DNA of 23,314 nt from a virus (IMGVR_UViG_2711768042_000009); one strand, 5' to 3'; counted from the stretch's first letter, positions 1 through 8,567 are shown. Made by a program: numbers and translations. Notes: a model not told the origin generated them from the sequence alone.

Positions 1-1017
1 TCACACTTCTAGCGTTGCGAGGGGGTTGAATCTCAGAGCCGTCTCAAGATGATCGGGTGCTAAATGGGCATAGCGCATAGTCATTTTTATATCGTGATGT
101 CCGAGGATTTTTTGCAAAGCAAGGATATTTCCACCCGACATCATGAAGTGCGCCGCAAACGTATGGCGCAGAACGTGTGTCAGTTGACCGCGAGGGAGCA
201 CGATAGACGTTTTTTCCATCACGGATAAAAATTGAAAATAGCAGTCTGTAAAGAAATTGAACCCATCAAGCGCCATGATCTCTTCGTAAAGCTCTTTACT
301 GATAGGGATGCTTCTGTTTTTCTTCCCCTTCGTTCTTACAAAGGTAATTCGGTATTTGGTCACTTGCGAGCGGGTAAGATTTATTGCTTCTCGCCAGCGT
401 GCGCCTGTGCTTAGGCATATCTTGACTACCAGTGCCAGAATTGGGTCCTGACGTTTGCAATCAGCCAGCAGTTCAACAATCTGCTCATGGGTAAGCCATG
501 CCATCTCTTTTTCTGCGATGGTGAATTTTCGCATGTTCTCCAGTGGGTTCGGATACGACCATTCGCCCAGGCGGGATAGTTCGCTAAAAACACTACTTAG
601 ATAGCTTTGCTCCAGGTTAATGGTGACCGGGCTTGCTCCTTTCTTCCATTTCTCGCTGAAGTAGATCTCACCTGTCAGGCGTTTATCTCGATAGTGGGCA
701 AACATTTTAGAGGTTAGATCAGTTGCAAGGGGATTGCCCAGAGCGTCAACCATCAACAGCAGTTTGTCATAGACATGCTGCCCAGCTGTCAGAGATTTAC
801 CATGTAGTTTGAACCATAGCTCAACCACGTCTTTCAATGTCCGACGATCCACTGATTCGCCCAGCCAGGGCTTTGCTTCGGTTTCTTCCATCGTGTGACG
901 CTCAAAAGCCAGAGCTTCGCCTTTGGTGGCGAATTGTTTACGCACACGACGTCCACTACGTCCGGCGGGGTAACATTCGCAAAGCCATTTTCCTGTGGTG
1001 AGTTTTCGTACTGCCAT
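1..1017 (-). CDS. int: Phage integrase, tyrosine recombinase (P2/186 Int family)
   Basis: ORF 1..1095 (-); probable start is the internal Met (MAVRKLTTGKW...), matching the N-terminus of P2-type integrases. C-terminal catalytic region has R...HxxR...Y-like residues (LRHTFA...HHDIKMTMRYAHL). Stop codon at bases 1-3, so the gene ends at the window edge. Confidence 0.9.
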   Translation of the reverse strand: MAVRKLTTGKWLCECYPAGRSGRRVRKQFATKGEALAFERHTMEETEAKPWLGESVDRRTLKDVVELWFKLHGKSLTAGQHVYDKLLLMVDALGNPLATDLTSKMFAHYRDKRLTGEIYFSEKWKKGASPVTINLEQSYLSSVFSELSRLGEWSYPNPLENMRKFTIAEKEMAWLTHEQIVELLADCKRQDPILALVVKICLSTGARWREAINLTRSQVTKYRITFVRTKGKKNRSIPISKELYEEIMALDGFNFFTDCYFQFLSVMEKTSIVLPRGQLTHVLRHTFAAHFMMSGGNILALQKILGHHDIKMTMRYAHLAPDHLETALRFNPLATLEV

Positions 1018-1203
1018 AAAAAATGCCCTCCAGTAGAGAGCATTTTTACTGTATGTATAACCAGTGTCAATGTATGAAATCCTGCGACCATACATCTCAC
1101 TGAAGCCATAATGAAGTTAGCTATTTTTTGCTATGTGAGTATGTGACTTTTGCGGTTAGCCTGCGGCTCATTGTTATATTAGGCGCAGATATAAAAGCAA
1201 AAT

Positions 1204-1395
1204 TTATCGCGAGTTTTTAGTACAGATTTTTTTTGATTTACTAATAGTTCCATCATTGCAAACGAACTTTCCATCGGAGGTACAGTGAGAGACACCTCCC
1301 TTTTTCCCAGAACAAGGATAATTTTTAGCATAGGTAGTTAGTGGGTTTAATAACAAAGAGCATGATAAAACCACAAAAAATACCTTACCAAGCAT
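1204..1395 (-). CDS. Small hypothetical secreted protein (predicted signal peptide, Cys-rich mature part)
   Basis: 63 aa ORF with ATG start preceded by GGGAGGA on the minus strand, immediately downstream of the repressor stop. N-terminus [23 protein letters not shown] looks like a Sec signal peptide; mature part has 5 Cys. AT-rich. Confidence 0.35.
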   Translation of the reverse strand: MLGKVFFVVLSCSLLLNPLTTYAKNYPCSGKKGGVSHCTSDGKFVCNDGTISKSKKICTKNSR

Positions 1396-1410
1396 AGTTT
1401 CCTCCCGGTA

Positions 1411-1980
1411 TTACCTAACGTACTTAATTGTTAAACTTATAATTTTCCCAATTATTTCAACATCTTCTATCTTGCACTCGAAGGCTCTGTTTCCACCTTC
1501 AACGAAGATTCTTCCACCGGGTAAACGAGTAATGTCGCGGATTGTTATTTCGCCATCAATACTTATTACCCATTTACCATCACGTATATCATCAAATTCT
1601 TTATCACAAATAAATTCAGAATTGTTATCTGTGATGACAAAAGGTTTTTTAAACGTAGAGGGTAGAAATCCCTTATCAAAAATATAAAAACCGTCTTCAC
1701 GCAAGGCACCATCAGATAATACATATTTAGCAACTTCCATAGTATTTGTATTACCTGAAGTTTGCTTTGAACCATTTCCAGTTGTGAGCCAATTAAGCGA
1801 GGTGCCCGTTTCAAGGGCGCACTGGATTACCCAATCTGCCGGAAAAATATCACGCATATAGCGCGTTGCCATGGTGCTCTTAGAAACACCTAAATGATCA
1901 CAGAGAGCCTGACGGGTACCGAACCCATATGCTTCAACTAAACGTTCTATGGCTTTCTTACCGCCGCTATTGAAATCCAC
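1411..1980 (-). CDS. cI: Phage 186 CI-like immunity repressor
   Basis: Translation contains an N-terminal HTH region (LVEAYGF...QALCDHLGVSKSTMATRYMR...CALETG..LNWL.TG) that I recognise as the 186 CI family. The ORF is open up to 2067; I favour the GTG at 1978-1980 preceded by GGAGGA, which gives about 189 aa. The start is uncertain. Confidence 0.75.
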   Translation of the reverse strand: MDFNSGGKKAIERLVEAYGFGTRQALCDHLGVSKSTMATRYMRDIFPADWVIQCALETGTSLNWLTTGNGSKQTSGNTNTMEVAKYVLSDGALREDGFYIFDKGFLPSTFKKPFVITDNNSEFICDKEFDDIRDGKWVISIDGEITIRDITRLPGGRIFVEGGNRAFECKIEDVEIIGKIISLTIKYVR

Positions 1981-2007
1981 AAGTCCTCCAAAGAAATCCA
2001 AAATTCG

Positions 2008-2036
2008 TTGACAGATTCCAAAAGCGATCTTAAAGT
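2008..2036 (+). promoter_or_regulatory. Candidate early lytic promoter (pR-like): TTGACA-17 nt-TAAAGT in the cI/apl switch region
   Basis: TTGACA at 2008-2013 and TAAAGT at 2031-2036 with 17-nt spacer, about 90 bp upstream of the apl-like ATG and between divergent cI and apl. Confidence 0.3.
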
Positions 2037-2125
2037 TGAACCAGAAGTGTTCTTTTGGAGCCTTCACTACTAATCACGACAAACAACGGCTCGCCACAAG
2101 CCATATCTAAAAGGAATGTTGCCTT

Positions 2126-2329
2126 ATGACACCTAACATTTCAATTACTCTGAATACACCACATGTCACAATCGAACGTTATAGCGAACTGACTGGCCTT
2201 TCTATTGATACGATTAACGACATGTTGGCTGATGGCCGACTACCTCGTCATCGTCTTCGTAAAGACAAAAAACGTGAAAAGGTAATGATTAACCTGGCTG
2301 CTCTGACTGTTGATGCTTTGTCTGCTTAA
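2126..2329 (+). CDS. apl: Apl/Cox-like excisionase and transcriptional regulator (small HTH protein)
   Basis: 67 aa ORF divergent from cI and first gene of the rightward operon, the position of apl in 186. Sequence [22 protein letters not shown] resembles the excisionase/Cox-type HTH. RBS AAGGAA upstream. Confidence 0.75.
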   Translation: MTPNISITLNTPHVTIERYSELTGLSIDTINDMLADGRLPRHRLRKDKKREKVMINLAALTVDALSA

Positions 2330-2393
2330 TAGACGTCTATTTTCGCAATAAGACGCTGAGTTCGATTTTGCGATAAGTTCGGAGTTGAAAACC

Positions 2394-2903
2394 ATGTTTG
2401 ATTACCAAGTTTCCAAACATCCACATTTTGATGAAGCCTGTCGTGCATTCGCGTTGCGCCACAACCTGGTGCAACTGGCAGAACGTGCTGGCATGAATGT
2501 GCAGATTCTGCGAAACAAGCTGAACCCAGCTCAACCTCATTTATTAACCGCACCAGAAATCTGGCTGCTTACCGATCTGACTGAAGATTCAACGCTGGTA
2601 GATGGTTTTCTGGCTCAGATTCACTGCCTGCCATGCGTACCGATTAATGAGGTAGCAAAAGAGAAACTGCCGCATTACGTCATGAGTGCAACCGCAGAGA
2701 TCGGGCGTGTTGCTGCTGGTGCGGTATCTGGTGATGTGAAAACCAGCACAGGTCGTCGTGATGCTATCAGCAGCATTAACTCTGTAACACGACTGATGGC
2801 GCTGGCTGCTGTTTCATTGCAGGCCCGTTTACAGGCTAATCCTGCGATGGCGAGTGCAGTTGATACCGTGACTGGCCTCGGTGCTTCATTCGGTTTGCTG
2901 TGA
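2394..2903 (+). CDS. cII: Phage 186 CII-like lysogeny-establishment activator
   Basis: Translation from ATG 2394 ([24 protein letters not shown]...[26 protein letters not shown]...[21 protein letters not shown]) closely matches my recollection of 186 CII (about 169 aa). RBS GGAG 9 nt upstream. Confidence 0.85.
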   Translation: MFDYQVSKHPHFDEACRAFALRHNLVQLAERAGMNVQILRNKLNPAQPHLLTAPEIWLLTDLTEDSTLVDGFLAQIHCLPCVPINEVAKEKLPHYVMSATAEIGRVAAGAVSGDVKTSTGRRDAISSINSVTRLMALAAVSLQARLQANPAMASAVDTVTGLGASFGLL

Positions 2904-2910
2904 GGTGCTT

Positions 2911-3207
2911 ATGCTGACGAAAGAACCATCATTTGCATCGCTGCTGGTAAAACAAAGCCCGGCAATGCACTACGGTCACGGCTGGATCATGGGTGAGGAT
3001 GGTAAACGCTGGCATCCGTGCCGTTCACAAGATGAATTGCTGTCTGAATTGACCACGGGGAAACGGAGAAAGTCAAAATGTATGCAGCGGAAAGTGAAGT
3101 GGTTTATCAGTTTCGTTACAGAGGGGAGAGTTATTCAGTACCTGAAGATGATTTGCTCTGTTGTTATCCGTCGTTGTCGGGCGATGGCAGTTACTTTTTC
3201 ACGCTAA
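2911..3207 (+). CDS. fil: Fil-like protein (phage filamentation / cell-division inhibitor family), 3' end uncertain
   Basis: ATG at 2911 with RBS TGAGGTG; N-terminal 50 aa (MLTKEPSFASLLVKQSPAMHYGHGWIMGEDGKRWHPCRSQDELL) resembles Fil-family proteins found after cII in 186-like phages. The last ~40 codons look atypical and overlap the next ORF in another frame. Confidence 0.5.
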   Translation: MLTKEPSFASLLVKQSPAMHYGHGWIMGEDGKRWHPCRSQDELLSELTTGKRRKSKCMQRKVKWFISFVTEGRVIQYLKMICSVVIRRCRAMAVTFSR

Positions 3208-3302
3208 AGGATGGGACGTTTTTACGGGGAGAGCAGGTTAAAGAGATGATACGAAAAAATATATCTCCTCTTGAGCGTTACCGTAAGAACAAAGAGCGAT
3301 AG
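3078..3302 (+). CDS. Hypothetical small phage protein
   Basis: 74 aa ORF with ATG start and GGAGA RBS 8 nt upstream; overlaps the 3' part of the fil frame. Confidence 0.4.
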   Translation: MYAAESEVVYQFRYRGESYSVPEDDLLCCYPSLSGDGSYFFTLKDGTFLRGEQVKEMIRKNISPLERYRKNKER

Positions 3303-3324
3303 TTGCGTTTTGGGGATATGAATT

Positions 3325-3666
3325 ATGGCAATTAATGGCGCTGCGGTGACTGTTCCATTAAGCCCAGGTGAACGCCTGAATGGACTTAATCATATTGCGG
3401 AATTAAGGGCGAAAGTATTTGGCCTGAATATTGAGTCAGAGCTTGAGCGGTTTATTAAAGATATACGTGATCCACGGGATGTTAATTATGAACGAAATAA
3501 ACGGGCACTGGCTGCTATATTCTTTATAGCAAAAATTCCAGCTGAACGTCATAGCATCAGCATTAATGAGCTGACCACTGACGAAAAGCGGGAGTTGATT
3601 AAAGTAATGAATCATCTTCGTGCAGTGGTGAGCTTATTTCCCAGACGGCTAGCCATGCCGAATTAA
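3325..3666 (+). CDS. Hypothetical phage early protein
   Basis: 113 aa ORF, ATG start with G-rich RBS, in the rightward early operon; no motif recognised. Confidence 0.6.
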   Translation: MAINGAAVTVPLSPGERLNGLNHIAELRAKVFGLNIESELERFIKDIRDPRDVNYERNKRALAAIFFIAKIPAERHSISINELTTDEKRELIKVMNHLRAVVSLFPRRLAMPN

Positions 3667-3733
3667 CCAATTAATGAAATTCATGGCGTAAACCCGCCGG
3701 GCATTCCTTTATCTAAATTCAGGAGAATTGATT

Positions 3734-3967
3734 ATGCGTAATATTGAAACCCTCTCGACTAAAACCGGACCGGATGACGCAGGACTTAATATTTTACTGA
3801 CAGAGGCTCGTCTGGAAGAACGTCGGGCAAGGGCTGAGGCAATGGCTGCCCGCCTTGATAGCCTTGCGTGTCATATTACATCCCGCCAGCTAAACCACGT
3901 CGAAGCAGCAGAACTGCTGCGTGTGACCGCTGAAGCAATCCAGAACGAAGCGCAGGAGGTCCACTAA
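3734..3967 (+). CDS. Hypothetical phage early protein
   Basis: ATG at 3734 preceded by AGGAG (8 nt spacing); 77 aa, helical/charged; stop overlaps next start (TAATG). Confidence 0.6.
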   Translation: MRNIETLSTKTGPDDAGLNILLTEARLEERRARAEAMAARLDSLACHITSRQLNHVEAAELLRVTAEAIQNEAQEVH

Positions 3968-4194
3968 TGGCTGATGCAATGGATCTCGTACAGCAGCGCG
4001 TTGAAGAAGAACGCCAGCGCCATATCCGTGCTGCCCGTACCAAAACGCCGGGCGTGTCCCGCGTACTTTGCATTGAATGTGAAGCGCCAATTCCGCCAGC
4101 ACGACGCCGCGCCATGCCGGGTGTGCAGCTTTGCATTACCTGTCAGGAAATCGCAGAGCTGAAAGGCAAACATTACAACGGAGGTGCTGTATGA
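3967..4194 (+). CDS. TraR/DksA-family C4 zinc-finger protein
   Basis: 75 aa with CxxC...(17)...CxxC (CIECEAPIP...CITCQE), typical of phage TraR/DksA-like proteins; RBS AGGAGG; start overlaps previous stop. Confidence 0.8.
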
Positions 4195-4493
4195 CAAGGG
4201 CAGTGCGTATCCATCAATTAAAAATTGCACCTAAGTATTTCAACGCTGTGGTTGCAGGTCAAAAGACGGCTGAACTTCGTAAAGACGATCGTGGCTATAA
4301 AGTTGGTGATGTTCTTTCTCTTTGCGAATGGAAGCATGGCGTATTTACGGGTAGGGAATGGGCCGCTGTTATCTCTCATGTGCTTCCGGTTAATGACGTC
4401 ATGGCAGTTTCAGAACAATGGGTGATGCTATCAATTCGCCCATTAACCCCATTAGAAGCTTTAGGATATGTTATTGCAGGAGGTGCTGTATGA
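4191..4493 (+). CDS. ASCH-like (DUF3850-type) small protein
   Basis: ATG 4191 (ATGA overlap with TraR stop). Sequence [22 protein letters not shown] fits the GxKxxExR signature of ASCH/DUF3850 proteins that I know often sit next to phage Dam genes. Confidence 0.65.
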
Positions 4494-5347
4494 GCACCAT
4501 CCTGAAATGGGCGGGAAATAAAACCGCCATTATGTCCGAACTGAAAAAACACCTTCCTGCTGGCCCGCGACTGGTTGAACCTTTCGCGGGTTCCTGTGCT
4601 GTGATGATGGAGACGGATTACCCCAGCTATCTTGTTGCGGATATTAATCCTGATTTAATCAACCTCTATAAAAAGGTTGCTGCTGATTGTGAGGCGTTTA
4701 TATCTCGTGCCAGAGCTTTATTTGAGGAAGCAAACAGGGAGGTGGCTTATTACAACATAAGGCAGGAGTTTAATTACTCCACTGAAATTACTGATTTCAT
4801 GAAAGCGGTATATTTCCTGTATCTCAATCGTCACGGTTACCGTGGTTTATGTCGCTATAACAAGAGCGGGCATTTCAACATTCCCTACGGTAATTATAAA
4901 AATCCGTATTTCCCTGAAAAAGAACTTCGCACATTTGCAGAAAAAGCCCAGCGAGCAACGTTTATCTGCGCAAGCTTTGATGAAACGCTGGCGATGCTGC
5001 AGGTGGGGGATGTGGTGTATTGCGATCCGCCGTATGACGGTACGTTTTCCGGCTATCACACTGATGGTTTCACTGAAGATGACCAGTATCACCTGGCATC
5101 CGTTCTTGAACATCGGTCATCAGAAGGACATCCGGTCATTGTTTCTAACAGTGATACATCCCTGATCCGTTCGCTGTATCGCAATTTTACTCACCACTAC
5201 ATCAAGGCAAAACGCAGCATCGGTGTAGCAGCTGGTGAGAGTAAATCTGCAACAGAAATCATCGCTGTTTCCGGGCCGCGCTGCTGGGTGGGATTTGATC
5301 CTTCGCGTGGCGTGGATAGTTCTGCCGTGTACGGAGTGCGTGCATGA
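4490..5347 (+). CDS. dam: DNA adenine methyltransferase (Dam family, N6-adenine, GATC-type)
   Basis: Starts [11 protein letters not shown] (Dam N-terminal SAM-binding motif), contains the catalytic DPPY motif ([10 protein letters not shown]). ATGA overlap with upstream gene. Confidence 0.9.
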
Positions 5348-7758
5348 GCCATGCTGATATGAACAACTGCAGCGGCTTTAACGAGGTCGCCGCAGCATTC
5401 TCATGGAACAGCCCGAAAAAGGCCATTAACCCTTATCTGGACCCGGCGGAAGTTGCGCCGGTTTCTGCGCTTTCAAACCTGATCACTCTGTACGCTACCG
5501 ATAACGAGCAGGAACAACTGCGCCGCGAGGTTCTGAGTGATCAGGTATGGGAGCGTTATTTCTTTAATGAATCACGTGATCCTGTCCAGCGCGAAATGGA
5601 GCAGGATGAGCTCATTAGCCGGGCAAAGCTGGCGCATGAGCAGCAGCGTTTTAATCCGGGCATGGTCATTCTGGCGGACGTTAACGCCCAGCCTTCCCAT
5701 ATCAGCAAGCCGCTGATGCAACGTATTGAATACTTCAGCAGCCTGGGCAGGCCAAAGGCTTATTCCCGCTATTTGCGTGAGACGATTAAGCCATGTCTGG
5801 AACGACTGGAGCATGTACGCGACAGTCAGCTATCCACTTCTTTTCGCTTTATGGCAAGCCATGAAGGGCTGGACGGTCTGCTGATCCTGCCTGAAATGAG
5901 TCAGGATCAGGTGAAACGCCTGTCCACCCTGGTAGCTGCGCATATGAGCATGTGCCTTGATGCCGCTTGTGGCGATTTGTATGCCACCGATGACGTTAAG
6001 CCAGAAGAAATCCGCAAGACATGGGAAAAGGTGGCGGCGGAAACCCTGCGACTGGATGTCATACCGCCTGCGTTTGAGCAACTCCGCCGGAAAAGAAACC
6101 GCCGTAAACCCGTGCCCTATGAACTCATTCCGGGGTCGCTGGCGCGTATGCTGTGCGCCGACTGGTGGTATCGGAAATTGTGGAAGATGCGTTGCGAATG
6201 GCGGGAAGAGCAGTTGCGTGCTGTTTGCCTGGTCAGCAAAAAAGCATCTCCCTATGTCAGCTATGAAGCCGTGATGCATAAACGTGAGCAGCGCCGTAAG
6301 TCGCTGGAGTTTTTCCGTTCTCATGAACTGGTGAACGAAGACGGCGACACGCTGGACATGGAGGATGTGGTAAACGCCAGCAGCAGCAACCCTGCGCATC
6401 GCCGCAATGAGATGATGGCCTGTGTTAAAGGTCTGGAGCTTATCGCGGAAATGCGCGGTGACTGCGCCGTTTTCTACACCATCACCTGTCCGTCACGTTT
6501 CCATTCCACGCTAAATAACGGCAGGCCCAACCCGACCTGGACAAATGCGACGGTAAGACAAAGCAGTGATTATCTGGTCGGCATGTTTGCTGCATTTCGT
6601 AAGGCGATGCACAAAGCCGGGTTGCGCTGGTATGGCGTGCGGGTGGCTGAGCCGCATCATGACGGCACAGTTCACTGGCACCTGTTGTGTTTCATGCGCA
6701 AAAAAGACCGCCGCGCCATTACTGCATTGTTGCGTAAGTTTGCTATCCGTGAAGACCGCGAGGAGCTGGGTAATAACACGGGGCCACGCTTTAAGTCTGA
6801 GCTGATAAACCCGCGCAAAGGAACGCCGACTAGCTACATCGCGAAATACATCAGTAAGAACATTGACGGGCGTGGTCTGGCTGGCGAGATCAGCAAGGAA
6901 ACGGGTAAATCTCTGCGTGATAACGCTGAATACGTTAATGCCTGGGCGTCTCTGCATCGTGTTCAGCAATTCCGCTTCTTTGGCATTCCGGGACGTCAGG
7001 CTTACCGTGAACTGCGATTGCTGGCTGGTCAGGCGGCAAGGCAACAGGGTGACAAAAAAGCAGGTGCGCCGGTACTGGATAACCCGCGCCTTGATGCCAT
7101 CCTGGCTGCAGCTGATGCTGGTTGTTTTGCCACCTACATCATGAAGCAGGGCGGCGTACTGGTTCCCCGTAAATATCACCTCATCAGAACCGCTTATGAA
7201 ATCAACGAAGAGCCGACCGCCTATGGCGATCACGGCATTCGTATTTATGGCATCTGGTCACCCATTGCAGAGGGCAAAATCTGCACTCATGCCGTGAAGT
7301 GGAAAATGGTTCGTAAGGCCGTTGACGTTCAGGAGGCGGCAGCCGACCAGGGCGCTTGCGCCCCTTGGACTCGTGGCAATAACTGTCCCCTTGCTGAAAA
7401 TTTGAACCAACAAGGGAAAGATAAATCAGCTGATGGGGATACCAGGACGGGCATTACCCGCATGGATGACAAGGAGTTGCACGATTACCTGCACAGTATG
7501 AGCAAAAAAGAGCGCCGGGAACTGGCAGCAAGGTTACGCCTGGTGAAACCGAAACGGCGTAAAGACTACAAACAGCGAATTACAGACCATCAGCGACTGC
7601 AGCTCGTGTATGAGCTGAAGTCCAGAGGATTTGATGGCAGCGAGAAAGAGGTCGATTTACTCCTTCGCGGAGGCAGTATTCCGTCAGGAGCAGGCCTGCG
7701 TATCTTCTATCGGAACCAGCGTTTGCAAGAAGATGATCAGTGGCGGAACCTGTATTAA
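5344..7758 (+). CDS. A: Replication initiation protein A (P2 gpA-like rolling-circle endonuclease)
   Basis: 804 aa; contains HUH-type metal-binding motif ([10 protein letters not shown]) and catalytic tyrosine motif ([10 protein letters not shown]) characteristic of P2 A / phiX174 A superfamily; position after the early genes matches P2/186. Confidence 0.9.
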   Translation: MSHADMNNCSGFNEVAAAFSWNSPKKAINPYLDPAEVAPVSALSNLITLYATDNEQEQLRREVLSDQVWERYFFNESRDPVQREMEQDELISRAKLAHEQQRFNPGMVILADVNAQPSHISKPLMQRIEYFSSLGRPKAYSRYLRETIKPCLERLEHVRDSQLSTSFRFMASHEGLDGLLILPEMSQDQVKRLSTLVAAHMSMCLDAACGDLYATDDVKPEEIRKTWEKVAAETLRLDVIPPAFEQLRRKRNRRKPVPYELIPGSLARMLCADWWYRKLWKMRCEWREEQLRAVCLVSKKASPYVSYEAVMHKREQRRKSLEFFRSHELVNEDGDTLDMEDVVNASSSNPAHRRNEMMACVKGLELIAEMRGDCAVFYTITCPSRFHSTLNNGRPNPTWTNATVRQSSDYLVGMFAAFRKAMHKAGLRWYGVRVAEPHHDGTVHWHLLCFMRKKDRRAITALLRKFAIREDREELGNNTGPRFKSELINPRKGTPTSYIAKYISKNIDGRGLAGEISKETGKSLRDNAEYVNAWASLHRVQQFRFFGIPGRQAYRELRLLAGQAARQQGDKKAGAPVLDNPRLDAILAAADAGCFATYIMKQGGVLVPRKYHLIRTAYEINEEPTAYGDHGIRIYGIWSPIAEGKICTHAVKWKMVRKAVDVQEAAADQGACAPWTRGNNCPLAENLNQQGKDKSADGDTRTGITRMDDKELHDYLHSMSKKERRELAARLRLVKPKRRKDYKQRITDHQRLQLVYELKSRGFDGSEKEVDLLLRGGSIPSGAGLRIFYRNQRLQEDDQWRNLY

Positions 7759-7850
7759 TTACGCGGATTAACAATTCGTGCTCTTAATAATACCAGGCAT
7801 ATCAGGCTGATGAACGTAAAAAAACGTTTTACATCAGTAAGATTATTATA

Positions 7851-7870
7851 TACTGTAAATATAAACAGTG
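7851..7870 (+). promoter_or_regulatory. LexA (SOS) box overlapping a candidate promoter: TACTGTAAATATAAACAGTG
   Basis: Perfect CTGT-N8-ACAG core (CTGT 7853-7856, ACAG 7865-7868) with AT-rich spacer. TTTACA (-35-like) at 7828-7833 and TATACT at 7849-7854 overlap it. Lies upstream of the tum-like/DinI-like ORFs, as the LexA-controlled tum promoter does in 186. Confidence 0.6.
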
Positions 7871-7911
7871 GTTATACATACAGTGTTGCGTGTGGTGTCA
7901 TAGGAGGAAAG

Positions 7912-8100
7912 ATGCAGGACTATTTTTTGGAGTCTTTGAAGCTCCAGCGCATTGATTTTTTTCTTAAGCTTGTAGCGGCTAGTGAGTGTAGTGATGAAGA
8001 GAAGGGGCTGGCTCTGCAGTGGGTTTCTGAATTGACTGATGAACTCATGGCAAAAATCAGAACCCACGAATACAACCGCTCAATGGATGTCATCAGCTGA
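7912..8100 (+). CDS. Small protein, possible N-terminal part of a Tum-like SOS antirepressor
   Basis: ATG 7912 with AGGAGG RBS; 62 aa; directly downstream of the LexA box; followed in a different frame by a DinI-like ORF. Confidence 0.5.
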   Translation: MQDYFLESLKLQRIDFFLKLVAASECSDEEKGLALQWVSELTDELMAKIRTHEYNRSMDVIS

Positions 8101-8110
8101 GGTGACTTTT

Positions 8111-8344
8111 ATGCGCATTGAAATAATGATCGATAAAGAGCAGAAGATTAGCCAGTCTACCCTGGACGCCCTTGAATCCGAGCTTTACCGCAATCTGCGC
8201 CCCCTGTATCCCAAAACGGTAATTCGCATTCGCAAAGGTAGCTCTAACGGTGTGGAACTAACCGGACTGCAACTGGACGAAGAAAGAAAACAAGTGATGA
8301 AAATTATGCAGAAGGTGTGGGAAGACGACAGCTGGCTGCATTAA
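8111..8344 (+). CDS. DinI-family protein (DinI-like / Tum C-terminal domain-like)
   Basis: ATG 8111 with RBS GAGGTGA; 77 aa MRIEIMIDK...LDALESEL...KQVMKIMQKVWEDDSWLH aligns by eye with E. coli DinI (MRIEVTIAK...IDALAGEL...ETWESADDW). Confidence 0.8.
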   Translation: MRIEIMIDKEQKISQSTLDALESELYRNLRPLYPKTVIRIRKGSSNGVELTGLQLDEERKQVMKIMQKVWEDDSWLH

Positions 8345-8479
8345 GAAACGTTGCTGGCGTCTGAACTTGCTTCTGGCGTCAGCAAGGTTGAACAACGAGC
8401 CCTTGCGAGGCGTTAGCTCTGTAGTGCATGTCTATGCCGCATGAGATCGCATGATCGTTTGAGGATCGTTTTTGCTAAG

Positions 8480-8503
8480 GCCCGCCAGAACTGGCGGGCT
8501 TTT
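8480..8503 (+). terminator. Rho-independent terminator (GCCCGCCAG-AA-CTGGCGGGC-TTTT)
   Basis: Perfect 9-bp GC-rich stem, 2-nt loop and T-run on the + strand, downstream of the DinI-like gene and upstream of the cos-like sequence. Confidence 0.5.
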
Positions 8504-8548
8504 GCGTAGATCATGCAGGTGCATGAAAACCACTACATAAAGCGAGCA

Positions 8549-8567
8549 GGCGTGGCGGGGATACGAG
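8549..8567. other. Putative cos (cohesive end) site: GGCGTGGCGGGGATACGAG
   Basis: The first 13 nt are identical to the 186 cohesive-end sequence as I recall it (GGCGTGGCGGGGAAAGCAT; P2 is GGCGAGGCGGGGAAAGCAC). It lies between the replication/tum region and the portal/terminase genes, the expected prophage position. From memory, not verified. Confidence 0.45.

Noticed and set aside
1-60. Prophage attachment site / tRNA at the left edge
   Set aside because: The integrase stop codon is at bases 1-3, so any att core or target tRNA would lie outside the window; nothing tRNA-like is visible in the first bases.
4842-5165. 107-aa plus-strand and 88-aa minus-strand ORFs inside the dam gene
   Set aside because: Alternative-frame and antisense ORFs within a gene carrying clear Dam motifs; no independent support.
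6511-7233. 240-aa ORF on the minus strand inside the replication gene A
   Set aside because: Entirely antisense to a well-supported 804-aa gene with clear HUH and tyrosine motifs; no RBS-like signal noticed; typical spurious antisense ORF in a GC-rich coding region.
8345-8480. Possible ncRNA or repeat element in the 374-bp non-coding gap after the DinI-like gene (direct repeats CTGGCGTC and GATCG)
   Set aside because: The repeats are short and direct, not a convincing structured RNA or transposon end; better explained as the terminator/cos/packaging region, reported separately.
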